A stretch of 64,000 nt of DNA, taken from NCBI RefSeq assembly GCF_050250235.1, contig NZ_JBFWPA010000006.1:4464-68463 (forward strand), given 5' to 3'. Shown here piece by piece: positions 37,386-46,131 of the stretch. Each line of letters begins with the position of its first letter. Positions within the stretch are counted from its first letter, which is position 1. The position numbers were made by a program, and so were the translations under genes. Origin of the DNA: Pseudorhodoplanes sp. Lineage in GTDB: Bacteria > Pseudomonadota > Alphaproteobacteria > Rhizobiales > Xanthobacteraceae. The notes below the pieces were generated by a model, which ran no database searches, had not been told where the DNA came from, and saw only the letters and a list, made by a program, of their open reading frames with translations.

Positions 37386-39227
37386 ATGGAAACCCGACAA
37401 ATCGCCTATTTCCTTGCCGCCTGCCAACAGCAGAACCACGCTCTTGCCGCCAAGGAACCTGGGATTGCACCATCGACACTCTCGCAGAATATTGCCGACC
37501 TTGAGCAGGAGCTTGGTCTTGAACTGTTTCGCCTGGGTCACGCCGGGTTCTATCCGACACTGGAAGCACGCGCGCTTTATCAGGATTTCGAGCACGCGCT
37601 CCGAGCCGCCGAGAGCGCGGTGGCTTACGCCAGATCGCCGCGTGAAGGCGGGCTGAAGGAGATCCGGGTCTCTTCGACACTGAAATTTGCGCTCGGTCGG
37701 GTCTCGAAGTCTGCGGGTCTCGCCGCACGCGCGCTCATCAGGAAATTCCCCGACACTGTCTTCGACATCGCGTTTGCCCTGCATGATCCAAGCCCGGCCA
37801 TTCAACAGACGCGGCAAGGCGCCAAGCGAACCGACGACATCGTCATCGAATATGCCGGATCGCCTGAAAGCAAGAAGAGCATTCGGATCGCCACCGATTC
37901 CTGGTTTGCCGTCACCGGGCTGGCTGTGCCCAAATTCGCGAAGCCCGAGGATGCACTCGATATTCTGCGCCGCCTGCCACTGGCGCTGCCGCAATTGCCG
38001 GACCGGGTCGTTGCCGCAGCCACGTCATTCTGCCGAGATCATGGCCTGCCCGCACCGCATCACCTGAATGAAGACATCGGCGGATTGCCAAGGCTTGCGC
38101 GCAACGGCGATCCCTTCTGCCTGCTTGTGCCCCAGAGCATCCTGTCGTCACGGCTGAAACAATTACGGATTTCGGTCATACCGCTGCCCAAGGCCCTTTC
38201 GAGCCCCATCACCGCCCGCATCTATACTTCGCATCCCGCTGCACGTGAATTCGTGGATCACATGCGTGCCGCGCTGACCCGTGTGGAGGCCAACAACATC
38301 TATCGGCCGGTCATGTCGCTGAAACAGATTCGCTATTTTCAGTCCTTGCACGAGCATCGCAACATGACGCGCGCGGCAAAAGCTTTGAGCGTCGCGCAAC
38401 CGGCTTTATCCTTCCTGCTGAAGAAGCTCGAAACAACTGTTGGCGCCCGACTTTTTGAGCGGCACCGAGACGGCCTTACCAGCAGCGCTGCCGCCAATCG
38501 GCTCGCCACGGTGCTGCACAGGGTCCACGGCCGGATTGACCTCGCGATCCGAAAGGCGAGCGGATTGACTGCCAGTCAGCGTCATCGTGTCACGCTCGGC
38601 ATCGTGCCGCTCGCAGAGCGGCGCGGCGTTCTGGTCGAGTCGCTCACCGCCGCAGTATCCGAGTGGCAGGCCACGCACGAGGGGATCGATCTGCGGATAC
38701 GGGAGGCCCCCACCGAAGCGCTGCACAAACTGATCAATTCGGGCGTCATAAACCTCGCCTTGGTTGAAACGGTCATGCCGCATTCTTCCAGGATCGACCT
38801 GCGCAGCCGCGACCCCCTCGGCCTTGTCACTTCCAGCGAAGCGCCGTTTCTGCCGAGCGGCGATGTTGCGTTCGCCAGCATTGCGGAAATTCCGTTGCTG
38901 CTGCCATCCCGCGAGTTTGGCATTCGCCGGCTGCTCGACGAGGCAGCCGGCAAGGCGGGCGTGCGACTGAGAATCCAAGCCGAAGTCAATTCGCTGATGA
39001 TGGCACTGGCCATGATCGGCGATGGCCGTTGCGCGACAGTGATGCCATACGCCACGGTGAGAAAGGCCGTCTCGGAAGGTGAGATGCAGTTCCGCAAGCT
39101 CGTGGAACCCGAGGTCTGGCGCAAGCTTTCGGTGATCTACTCCGCTGAGCGGTCGCTGACGGAGATCGAGCGCAGTCTGGTACGCCTGTTCCGACGACAC
39201 CTCACGCTTCATGCACAGGAGCGTTGA
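37386..39227 (+). CDS. Tandem (double) LysR-family regulator: HTH-SBD-HTH-SBD
   Basis: RQIAYF..STLSQNIADLEQELGLELF at the N-terminus, and MSLKQIRYF..MTRAAKALSVAQPALS..LE..GARLFER at about aa 310, in one 613-aa frame. Confidence 0.85.
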   Translation: METRQIAYFLAACQQQNHALAAKEPGIAPSTLSQNIADLEQELGLELFRLGHAGFYPTLEARALYQDFEHALRAAESAVAYARSPREGGLKEIRVSSTLKFALGRVSKSAGLAARALIRKFPDTVFDIAFALHDPSPAIQQTRQGAKRTDDIVIEYAGSPESKKSIRIATDSWFAVTGLAVPKFAKPEDALDILRRLPLALPQLPDRVVAAATSFCRDHGLPAPHHLNEDIGGLPRLARNGDPFCLLVPQSILSSRLKQLRISVIPLPKALSSPITARIYTSHPAAREFVDHMRAALTRVEANNIYRPVMSLKQIRYFQSLHEHRNMTRAAKALSVAQPALSFLLKKLETTVGARLFERHRDGLTSSAAANRLATVLHRVHGRIDLAIRKASGLTASQRHRVTLGIVPLAERRGVLVESLTAAVSEWQATHEGIDLRIREAPTEALHKLINSGVINLALVETVMPHSSRIDLRSRDPLGLVTSSEAPFLPSGDVAFASIAEIPLLLPSREFGIRRLLDEAAGKAGVRLRIQAEVNSLMMALAMIGDGRCATVMPYATVRKAVSEGEMQFRKLVEPEVWRKLSVIYSAERSLTEIERSLVRLFRRHLTLHAQER

Positions 39228-39232
39228 CAGCT

Positions 39233-40597
39233 TCAATATTCTCCGAGGGCGCTGCGGACCTTTGCCATCACCGCCTCCGGCGGCAACGCGAATTCCGAGC
39301 GCGACCCAAACCCGCCATCGCCGGGCCGAGTGGCGGCGACCATGCCGATTTTTGTCACCAGCAGGTCCTCATGCACCGGGTCGCAGCGGTCAGCTTTCAT
39401 TCCCGGGAGCACGACGAGATCGTCATGTCCGCGGAACCGCGCGGCAAGCGACCACTCGACCGCGCGCGGGTCTTCGATGTCGATATCATCCTCGACCACG
39501 AGCACCAGCTTGAAAAGGTTGACTTGTCCCATTGCCAGCAGGATGGCCCGCTTTCCCTCGCCGGGTCGCGGACGGTGCATGGAAATGATCGCGTGCAGGC
39601 GGCCCATGCCGCCGTCGGTGACGAGGACACGGCGGACGGCGGGGATCACGCGCTGCAGAGCATCGCAGACCACCGCCTCGATCGCGACCGCGCCGAGCAG
39701 GCAATGCTCCGGCGTAAATGCCGGCAATATCGACTGAAACACCGGATCGCGGCGATGGGTGACGCAACCGATCGTGCCGCCGATCCCCGGCCCGTAATCC
39801 ACGTAGAAGCCGTGAAACTCGGATACCGGACCCTCCGGAACAAGATCGTCGGCGCGAAGCTCGCCCTCGAGCACGATCTCCGCTTCGGCCGGCACCTCCA
39901 GATCGACGCTCCGGCACCTGACAAGCCGCAGCGGCTCGCCCAGCAGGCCGCCAGCCACATCATATTCATCGTCGCCCAGCCCGAGATACATTTGCGACCC
40001 GAGCAATACCTGCGCGCAATTGCCGATCGCGACCGCGATCGGCAGCGAACGTCCCATCGCGCTCGCCTTTTCGGCAAGGACATTGAGGTGATGGTTTTTC
40101 GCGATCCCGGCCATGATCTTGCCGCCGCCGTCGAGCCGCAGCCGCGCGATCGAGATGTTGCGGCGACCGGTTTCGGGGTCCTTCGCGACAATGACACCGG
40201 CGGTGATATACGGCCCGCTCTCGCGCTCGAACCAGGTCGGCACCGGCAGGAGCCTGGCGAGGTCGATCGAGCCGTCATGGACGACGTCCTGAACCGGCGC
40301 CGCGCCCTCCTGCATGACCGGCGCGATCGGCCTGCGCACGGCATCCAGAATGAAGGAATGCAGCGCGGCCCGCTCCACGCCAAGCGCCCGCGCCAGCCGG
40401 TCGCGCGAATTGAAGACATTGCCGACCACTGGCATTGTGTGTTCGCTGACCGCCTCGAAAAACTGCGCAGCGCCGGCCATGCGCTCCATCAGCACCGCGG
40501 CGATTTCGAAGCGCGGATCGACTTTGCGGCGGACCCGGTGCAGACCGCCTTCCGCTTCGAGGGTGTCGAGAAAATCGCGAAGAGCCTGTGACGCCAT
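39233..40597 (-). CDS. UbiD-family decarboxylase, HmfF-related paralog
   Basis: LRDFL, GPYITAG, NISIAR, EIVLEG, EGPVSEFHGFY, EHCLLG, VEWSLAARF. Colinear with the HmfF at 46132. Confidence 0.88.
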   Translation of the reverse strand: MASQALRDFLDTLEAEGGLHRVRRKVDPRFEIAAVLMERMAGAAQFFEAVSEHTMPVVGNVFNSRDRLARALGVERAALHSFILDAVRRPIAPVMQEGAAPVQDVVHDGSIDLARLLPVPTWFERESGPYITAGVIVAKDPETGRRNISIARLRLDGGGKIMAGIAKNHHLNVLAEKASAMGRSLPIAVAIGNCAQVLLGSQMYLGLGDDEYDVAGGLLGEPLRLVRCRSVDLEVPAEAEIVLEGELRADDLVPEGPVSEFHGFYVDYGPGIGGTIGCVTHRRDPVFQSILPAFTPEHCLLGAVAIEAVVCDALQRVIPAVRRVLVTDGGMGRLHAIISMHRPRPGEGKRAILLAMGQVNLFKLVLVVEDDIDIEDPRAVEWSLAARFRGHDDLVVLPGMKADRCDPVHEDLLVTKIGMVAATRPGDGGFGSRSEFALPPEAVMAKVRSALGEY

Positions 40598-40611
40598 GGC
40601 GCGATGTCCGG

Positions 40612-42261
40612 TCAGACCGGCATCAGGCGGAAATGCCGGACATGCTTTGCCGCGGCCTCTTCATAAGACTCGTCGTAGCCGGCATCGGCATAGCGCATGA
40701 TCCCGAGTGAGGTGTCGTTGTCGAGCGAAAGCTTCAGCCGTTCGGCGGCGGCGCTGCTCCCGTCCGCGATCAGAGTCACGCCGGCACTCGTCATGTAGCC
40801 GGAATAGCCCCCGCCGCCCGAATGGATCGCGACCAGATCGGCTTTGGACGCGCAATGCGCCATCGCGTTGAGCAGCGGCCAGTCGGCGATGGCGTCGGAA
40901 CCGTCCTTCAGATTCTCGGTCATGATATTGGGATGCGCCATGGCGCCCGCATCGAGATGATCGCGCGTGAAGGCCACGGGGCCGTCGAGCACGCCTTCCC
41001 GCACCATGGTATTGACGGCGAGCGCGAGCGCGGTGCGATCGCCATGCCCGAGCCAGGCGATGCGTGCCGGCAGCCCCTCGAACGGCACATACTGGCTGGC
41101 GAGCCTGATCCAGTTCGTCACGATCCTGTTGTCGGCGAAGCGCTCCACCGCGAATTCGTCGATCTTCGCGATGTCCGATGTCGAGTTGGACAGTGCGATC
41201 CAGCGGAACGGCCCGATCGCGCGCGCGAATAGCGGCCGCAGAAACGCCTCCGTGAAAATCGGGATGTCGAAGGCGTTGGCGATCCCGCCATTCTTCGCCT
41301 GGGTGCGAATGAGATTGCCGTTGTCGAACACCACCGATCCGGCCTTCTGGAAGCCCAGCATGGCTGTGACATGCTTTGCGATCGAACGCGTCGATTCCTG
41401 CATCAGCCGCTTCGGGTCGGTCTTGCGCAATTCGCGCGCCTCCTCCAGCGTCATGCTGTCGGGGACGTAGCCGTAGACGAGGTCGTGCGCGGAGGTCTGG
41501 TCCGTCACGATGTCGGGCACGATGCCGCGCGCCAGAATCTCCGGGTAGAGCGTCGCGGCGTTGCCGAGGAGCCCGACCGAGATCGGCTTTTTCTCGCGCC
41601 GCGCCTCGTCGATCATCGCCATCGCTTCGTCAAGCGAGCTGGCACGCTTGTCGAGATATCCGATCTCCAGACGCCGCGCGATCCGCTTCTCGTCCACATC
41701 GATGCACAGGATCGCGGCCTCGGCCATGCGGCCGGCAAGCGGCTGCGCACCGCCCATGCCGCCGAGGCCCGCCGTCAGGATGAAACGTCCTTTCAGATCG
41801 CCGTCGAAATGGCGCTCGGCGATCCGCATGAAGATTTCATAGGTGCCCTGAATCACTCCCTGCGAGCCGATTTATTGCCAGTCGCCGGCGGTGAGCCCGC
41901 CCCAGCAGATCAGCCCCTTCTTCTCCAGTTCGTAGAAGTTCTCCGCCTTCGCCCATTGCCCGACCATGTTGCAATTGGCCATGATCACGATCGGCGCGTC
42001 GGCGTGCGTGCGGATCAGCCCGATCGGCTTGCCGGACTGCACGATCAGGGTGTCTTCCTCGTCCATCGTACGCAGCGTTTCGACGATCTTGTCGTGCGAA
42101 GGCCAGTCGCGTGCGGCGCGGCCCAGTGCTGCATAGACGATGAGGTTTCCGGGGTCTTCACCGACCGCGAGCACGTTCTCCAGCAGGCGCAGCAGGCCCT
42201 CCTGCCGCCATCCCTTGCAACGCAGATTGCTGCCGGCGGTGACGGTGAATTCGCGCTTCAT
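40612..42261 (-). pseudogene. Urocanate hydratase-like (thiourocanate hydratase-type) gene with an in-frame TAA at codon 130
   Basis: LRCKGWRQE, QSGKP, WGGLTAGDWQ*IGSQGVIQGTYE, GLGGMGGAQP, DQTSAHD, GPFRW, RDHLD, DGSDAIADWPLLNA, RYADAGY. Both ORF halves share one frame and the TAA at 41872-41874 replaces a conserved Tyr. Confidence 0.85.
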
Positions 42262-43400
42262 TTCCTGCCTTTTTTCGTCTTCTGTTTCTTGCCCGGTTTC
42301 TTGCGCCGCCTGTTGCCAAGCGCATAGTCCGCGATCGAGATTCCGAGTGCCTTCTCGCAGATCGGATAGACGCTCGGATCGGTCACGCTGGATGACAGCG
42401 GGATATGCTCCCTCGCCACGCGCAGGATCACCAGTTCCTGCCCTTCATGGATTTCGCCGACGCTCATCGGCACGCCGTCCGGATTGAAGGTGGTGATGAC
42501 ATCCGGATAGGTGGCGAGCCGCTTTCCGCCGGAATCCTCGACCGCCATGTATTCGTTCATGACATGCAGCGTGCAGGCCGATGCGCCCTTCCCGAGTGTC
42601 AGGGTGCCGACGTCGATGGATTCCTTTGTGTAAACCACCGCCTTCTTGGTCACGCGGCCGCTGCCGATGATCTCACCGGGGTTCTGCCGGCAGACCGCGT
42701 CGATGACGGCTTTGCCGCCCTTGGATTCGGCCTTGATGATCGCGGCGCCAAGGTCGAGCGCCATGGTGATGCCGCCGAGCGCGGCATGCTTCCTGACATA
42801 GGACGCCGGCACCGGGTTCCGGCAGGAGGCGATGAAGCCGCCCGACATGTCGGCGGCGGTGCGCAGGATCGGCGAAATCTTCGCCGTGGCGCCTCGCACC
42901 ACAAGCTCGATATACGCGTTGTTGGCACGGTTGCCGCCGACCGCCGACTGGATCATCGGCATCGGCGAATTGGCGAGCCCGATCGAGCCCATGTCGCCGG
43001 TCGGATGCGCGCGCAGGTCGCCGACCGCATCCACCACCTTGGTGCCCAGCATCGCCGACGGCAGCCAGGCATTGAGCGTCGATGACTTGCCGTTCTGCCC
43101 GATGATGAGACCGGCAATCGGTGCGCCAAGCTCGGCTTCCACCAGACGTACGGCATTGACATAGTCCACGCCCAGCATCTGCCAGGGCGTGGTCGAGGCC
43201 GGCGCGCCGATGGCGGCCGCGGTCGCGACGAAATCGTCGGGATCGAGTTCGTCGATCGAAACAAGCTCCGGCTGGCCGGCATTGACCGCAGCGGTGCCGA
43301 GCATGCGGCCATGATCGGCCCATCCGCCACCGCCGCAGGCAAAGACCGCGCCGCCCCTGATTGCCGCCTCGATGTCCTTCTCGACCAGAATACGTCCCAT
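42258..43400 (-). CDS. DUF917-family protein (thiohydantoin desulfurase/desulfhydrase-like)
   Basis: GGAVFACGGGG, IGAP, VVDAVGDLRAHPTG, NEYM, TYPDVI: the DUF917 pattern. Context of urocanase and hydantoinase agrees. Confidence 0.75.
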   Translation of the reverse strand: MGRILVEKDIEAAIRGGAVFACGGGGWADHGRMLGTAAVNAGQPELVSIDELDPDDFVATAAAIGAPASTTPWQMLGVDYVNAVRLVEAELGAPIAGLIIGQNGKSSTLNAWLPSAMLGTKVVDAVGDLRAHPTGDMGSIGLANSPMPMIQSAVGGNRANNAYIELVVRGATAKISPILRTAADMSGGFIASCRNPVPASYVRKHAALGGITMALDLGAAIIKAESKGGKAVIDAVCRQNPGEIIGSGRVTKKAVVYTKESIDVGTLTLGKGASACTLHVMNEYMAVEDSGGKRLATYPDVITTFNPDGVPMSVGEIHEGQELVILRVAREHIPLSSSVTDPSVYPICEKALGISIADYALGNRRRKKPGKKQKTKKGRK

Positions 43401-43411
43401 AGGAAGTCCCC

Positions 43412-44683
43412 TTACGCCGGCGGCGCCGCCGGCTTGCGGTCGAAGCGCAGCACCGCGTCCGCAATCACCGCCGTGCCAGCGGCCAGCGCCTCCGGCTCCG
43501 CCCATTCTTCCGGTGCGTGGCTCTTCCCGTCCCGGCAGGGGATGAACAGCATGGCAGCCGGCGCAATCCGGGCGACGAAAGCCGCATCGTGGCCGGCGCC
43601 CGAGGCGATATCCGTGCTGCTGAAGCCGAGCGCGTTGGCGCTGTCGCGCAGCAATTCACGCAGAACGGGATCGCAGGCGGTCGGATTGGTGTCGGACAGG
43701 CGCGCGAAGACCGCGCGCTCGGTCCGGCTCTGCTCGGCGAATTTCGCGGTCTCGGCATCCAGTGCCGCAAGAAACTCGTCCATCAGGACGCGGTTCTCCG
43801 AACGCGCATCGATCACGATGCGGGATTCCTGCGGCACCACATTGGATGCGCCCGGCGATACCGACACGATCCCGATGGTGGCAACGAACAGCCCCTGCCT
43901 GCGCGCGACCAGTTCGCGCGCAAGGCGATCGACGAACATTGCGGTCTTGGCGGCGGGCGTGAAAGCGTCGCGGCGCAGATGCATGGGGGTCGTGCCGGCA
44001 TGGTCGGCGGAGCCCCTGAAGACGACTTCGACACGAGTGATGCCCACGATCGCGGTCACGATTCCGACGTCGATCCTGCCTTCCTGGAGGACAAGGCCCT
44101 GTTCGATATGCAGTTCGAAAAAGGCGGCAATATCGCTGCGCCGCGCGCTCGCGAGAGCGGACACGTTCCCGCCGACGCGGTCGATGGCATGGGAGAGCAC
44201 TTCACCCGACGGATCGGTATAGCCCAGCATCTTCTGGTCGAGCACGCCGGCCATGCCGCGACTGCCAATGCAGGACAATCCGAACTCGCTCGGCTCCTCG
44301 GCGAGGAAATCGACCACCTCGATGGCGTGCCGAAGCGCAACACCCGATTCCGCAATCGATCGCACGATCTCAAGCGCCGCGATCACCCCGCCGGCACCAT
44401 CGAAGCGCCCGCCGGACGGGACGGTGTCGGAATGCGACCCGATCAGGATGGTGCCGAGCGCCGGATCGGAGCCGGCGCGGCGGCCGATAAGGTTTCCGGC
44501 TGTGTCCATGCTGGTGTCCAGCCCGGCATCCGCGAACCGGTTTCGCAGCCAGACCCGGCCCTTGTCGAACAGCGGCGAGAACGACCGGCGTGTATACGGC
44601 CTTGCGGGATCGGTGATCTCGGCAAGCCGCATCAGATCGTCCCAGAGCCGGCGACCGTCGATCGGCAAATTGCCGGCCATCAC
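43412..44683 (-). CDS. N-carbamoyl-L-amino acid amidohydrolase (M20, allantoate amidohydrolase-like)
   Basis: DTAGN, GSHSDTVPSGGRFDG, AEEPSEF, ELHIEQG, HAGTTPM, SGAGHDA, SHAPEE. Confidence 0.92.
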   Translation of the reverse strand: MMAGNLPIDGRRLWDDLMRLAEITDPARPYTRRSFSPLFDKGRVWLRNRFADAGLDTSMDTAGNLIGRRAGSDPALGTILIGSHSDTVPSGGRFDGAGGVIAALEIVRSIAESGVALRHAIEVVDFLAEEPSEFGLSCIGSRGMAGVLDQKMLGYTDPSGEVLSHAIDRVGGNVSALASARRSDIAAFFELHIEQGLVLQEGRIDVGIVTAIVGITRVEVVFRGSADHAGTTPMHLRRDAFTPAAKTAMFVDRLARELVARRQGLFVATIGIVSVSPGASNVVPQESRIVIDARSENRVLMDEFLAALDAETAKFAEQSRTERAVFARLSDTNPTACDPVLRELLRDSANALGFSSTDIASGAGHDAAFVARIAPAAMLFIPCRDGKSHAPEEWAEPEALAAGTAVIADAVLRFDRKPAAPPA

Positions 44684-46047
44684 GCCTTGCCCGCGGGTGC
44701 GGGCCGCACGAATTGCCCGGCGCCCGGCGCGCCGGCATCCTTGCCGTCGAACACCATGATGCCGCGCAGAAAGGTCGCCACCGGCCGATAGGTCAGGTCC
44801 ATGCCCTGATACGGGCTCCACTGCACGATGTTGTGTCCGCTCTGCGCCGCATCGTAGCGGCCCGGCCTGTGTGCCATTACCACAATGTCGGCATCCCGGC
44901 CCAGTTCCAGCGCGCCCTTGCGATGCCCGAGCCGGAACAGCCGCGCGGGATTGGCCGCCAGCAGCCGCGCCGCGAAGCTCGGACTGAGGTCGCGATCCAG
45001 CAACCCCTTCAGCAGCAACGCATAGAGCACTTCGAGGCCCGGCACGCCGGACGCATTCTTCAGCATGTCCGGGTCGGTCTTGCGCTCCTCCGACCAGCTC
45101 ACATGGTCGGTCGAGACCACGGTGATGTTGCCGGCTGCGAGATGGTGCCAAAGCCTGTCGCGCTCGGCGCGGCCACGTACCGGCGGGTTGATTTTCGCCT
45201 TGCCGCCCAGCCTCCCGACGTCGTCCTCTTCGCTGAGGATCAGATAATGGATGCAGGCCTCGATCGTGGTGTCGAAACCCTGCGCCCGGTATGCCGCGCA
45301 CATGTCGTAGCCACGTCCGATCGAGCAATGCACGATATGGCCGGAGCAGCCGGTGGCTGCCGCGAGTTCGTAGACCTCCGCGGTCGCCAGCGCTTCGGTG
45401 TAGGCGGGGCGCGACAGACCATGCGCGCGATAATCCGTGCGGCCCGATGCCTGCACCGCCGCGATCGCCGCGCGGACCGTTTCGTCATTCTCGTTATGAA
45501 CGCCGGCGATCAGGCCTTCGCGCGCCACCGCGGCGAAGCAGTCATGCAGCAACGGCGTCGGAATCCGCGGAAATCGGTCCGGATGGGTTTCGAAGGTGGA
45601 GAACTTGAATCCGGCCGCGCCGGCGACCGCAAGCGACGGGATTGCCGATGCGCCGACCTTGGGATCGACGGTCGCGTAAAGCGCGAAATCGACGCGCGCC
45701 TGCTGCGATGCTTCGGCGGCTTTTTGCGCAAGCCGCTCCGGCGTGCAGATCAGCACCCCGTCGTCATAGGGCATGTCGACGATGGTGGTGACGCCGCCCG
45801 CAGCCGCAGCCCGGGTCGACCAGACGAAATCCTCCTGCCCCTTCTGCGAGCGCGAATGCACCTGCGCGTCGATGGCGCCGGGCATGACGTATGCCTGTCC
45901 GAAGTCATGCCGTTCGGCAGCCGCCGGCGGTTCGCCCGCGCCGATGCGCTCGATCAGACCATTGCGGATGGCGACATAACCTGCGTCGATCACAGCATCC
46001 GTAAGTACCACCCGCCCGGTCAGGACGAGGTCGAAATCCGCCATCAC
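44680..46047 (-). CDS. Cyclic amidohydrolase (allantoinase/hydantoinase/dihydroorotase family)
   Basis: PGAIDAQVH, AAAAGGVTTIVDMP, GFK, VHNE, HIVH, KINPP, STDH, NPARLF, KG.L..G.DAD. Confidence 0.9.
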   Translation of the reverse strand: MMADFDLVLTGRVVLTDAVIDAGYVAIRNGLIERIGAGEPPAAAERHDFGQAYVMPGAIDAQVHSRSQKGQEDFVWSTRAAAAGGVTTIVDMPYDDGVLICTPERLAQKAAEASQQARVDFALYATVDPKVGASAIPSLAVAGAAGFKFSTFETHPDRFPRIPTPLLHDCFAAVAREGLIAGVHNENDETVRAAIAAVQASGRTDYRAHGLSRPAYTEALATAEVYELAAATGCSGHIVHCSIGRGYDMCAAYRAQGFDTTIEACIHYLILSEEDDVGRLGGKAKINPPVRGRAERDRLWHHLAAGNITVVSTDHVSWSEERKTDPDMLKNASGVPGLEVLYALLLKGLLDRDLSPSFAARLLAANPARLFRLGHRKGALELGRDADIVVMAHRPGRYDAAQSGHNIVQWSPYQGMDLTYRPVATFLRGIMVFDGKDAGAPGAGQFVRPAPAGKA

Positions 46048-46116
46048 GTGAACTCCCGCGCGGAAGCTTCGGGACAGAAGCGCAAAACCAGAAATGCATT
46101 TTGCAGAATGGATTTA

Positions 46117-46129
46117 TCGTATTTTTCGA
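46117..46129. promoter_or_regulatory. Possible LysR T-N11-A box in the AT-rich gap between hmfF and the hydantoinase
   Basis: TCGtatttttCGA, with AAATGCATTT palindrome nearby at 46092-46101. Confidence 0.3.
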
Positions 46130-46131
46130 AT

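Noticed and set aside
41872-41874. Programmed recoding (Sec/Pyl) of the urocanase stop
   Set aside because: The codon is TAA, not TGA or TAG, and the conserved residue is Tyr, so a point mutation or error is simpler.
40612-42261. Canonical hutU of histidine utilisation
   Set aside because: Active-site segments differ (WGGLTAG, HPNIMTE), no hutH/hutI/hutG/hutC is nearby, and the neighbours are DUF917, hydantoinase and carbamoylase.
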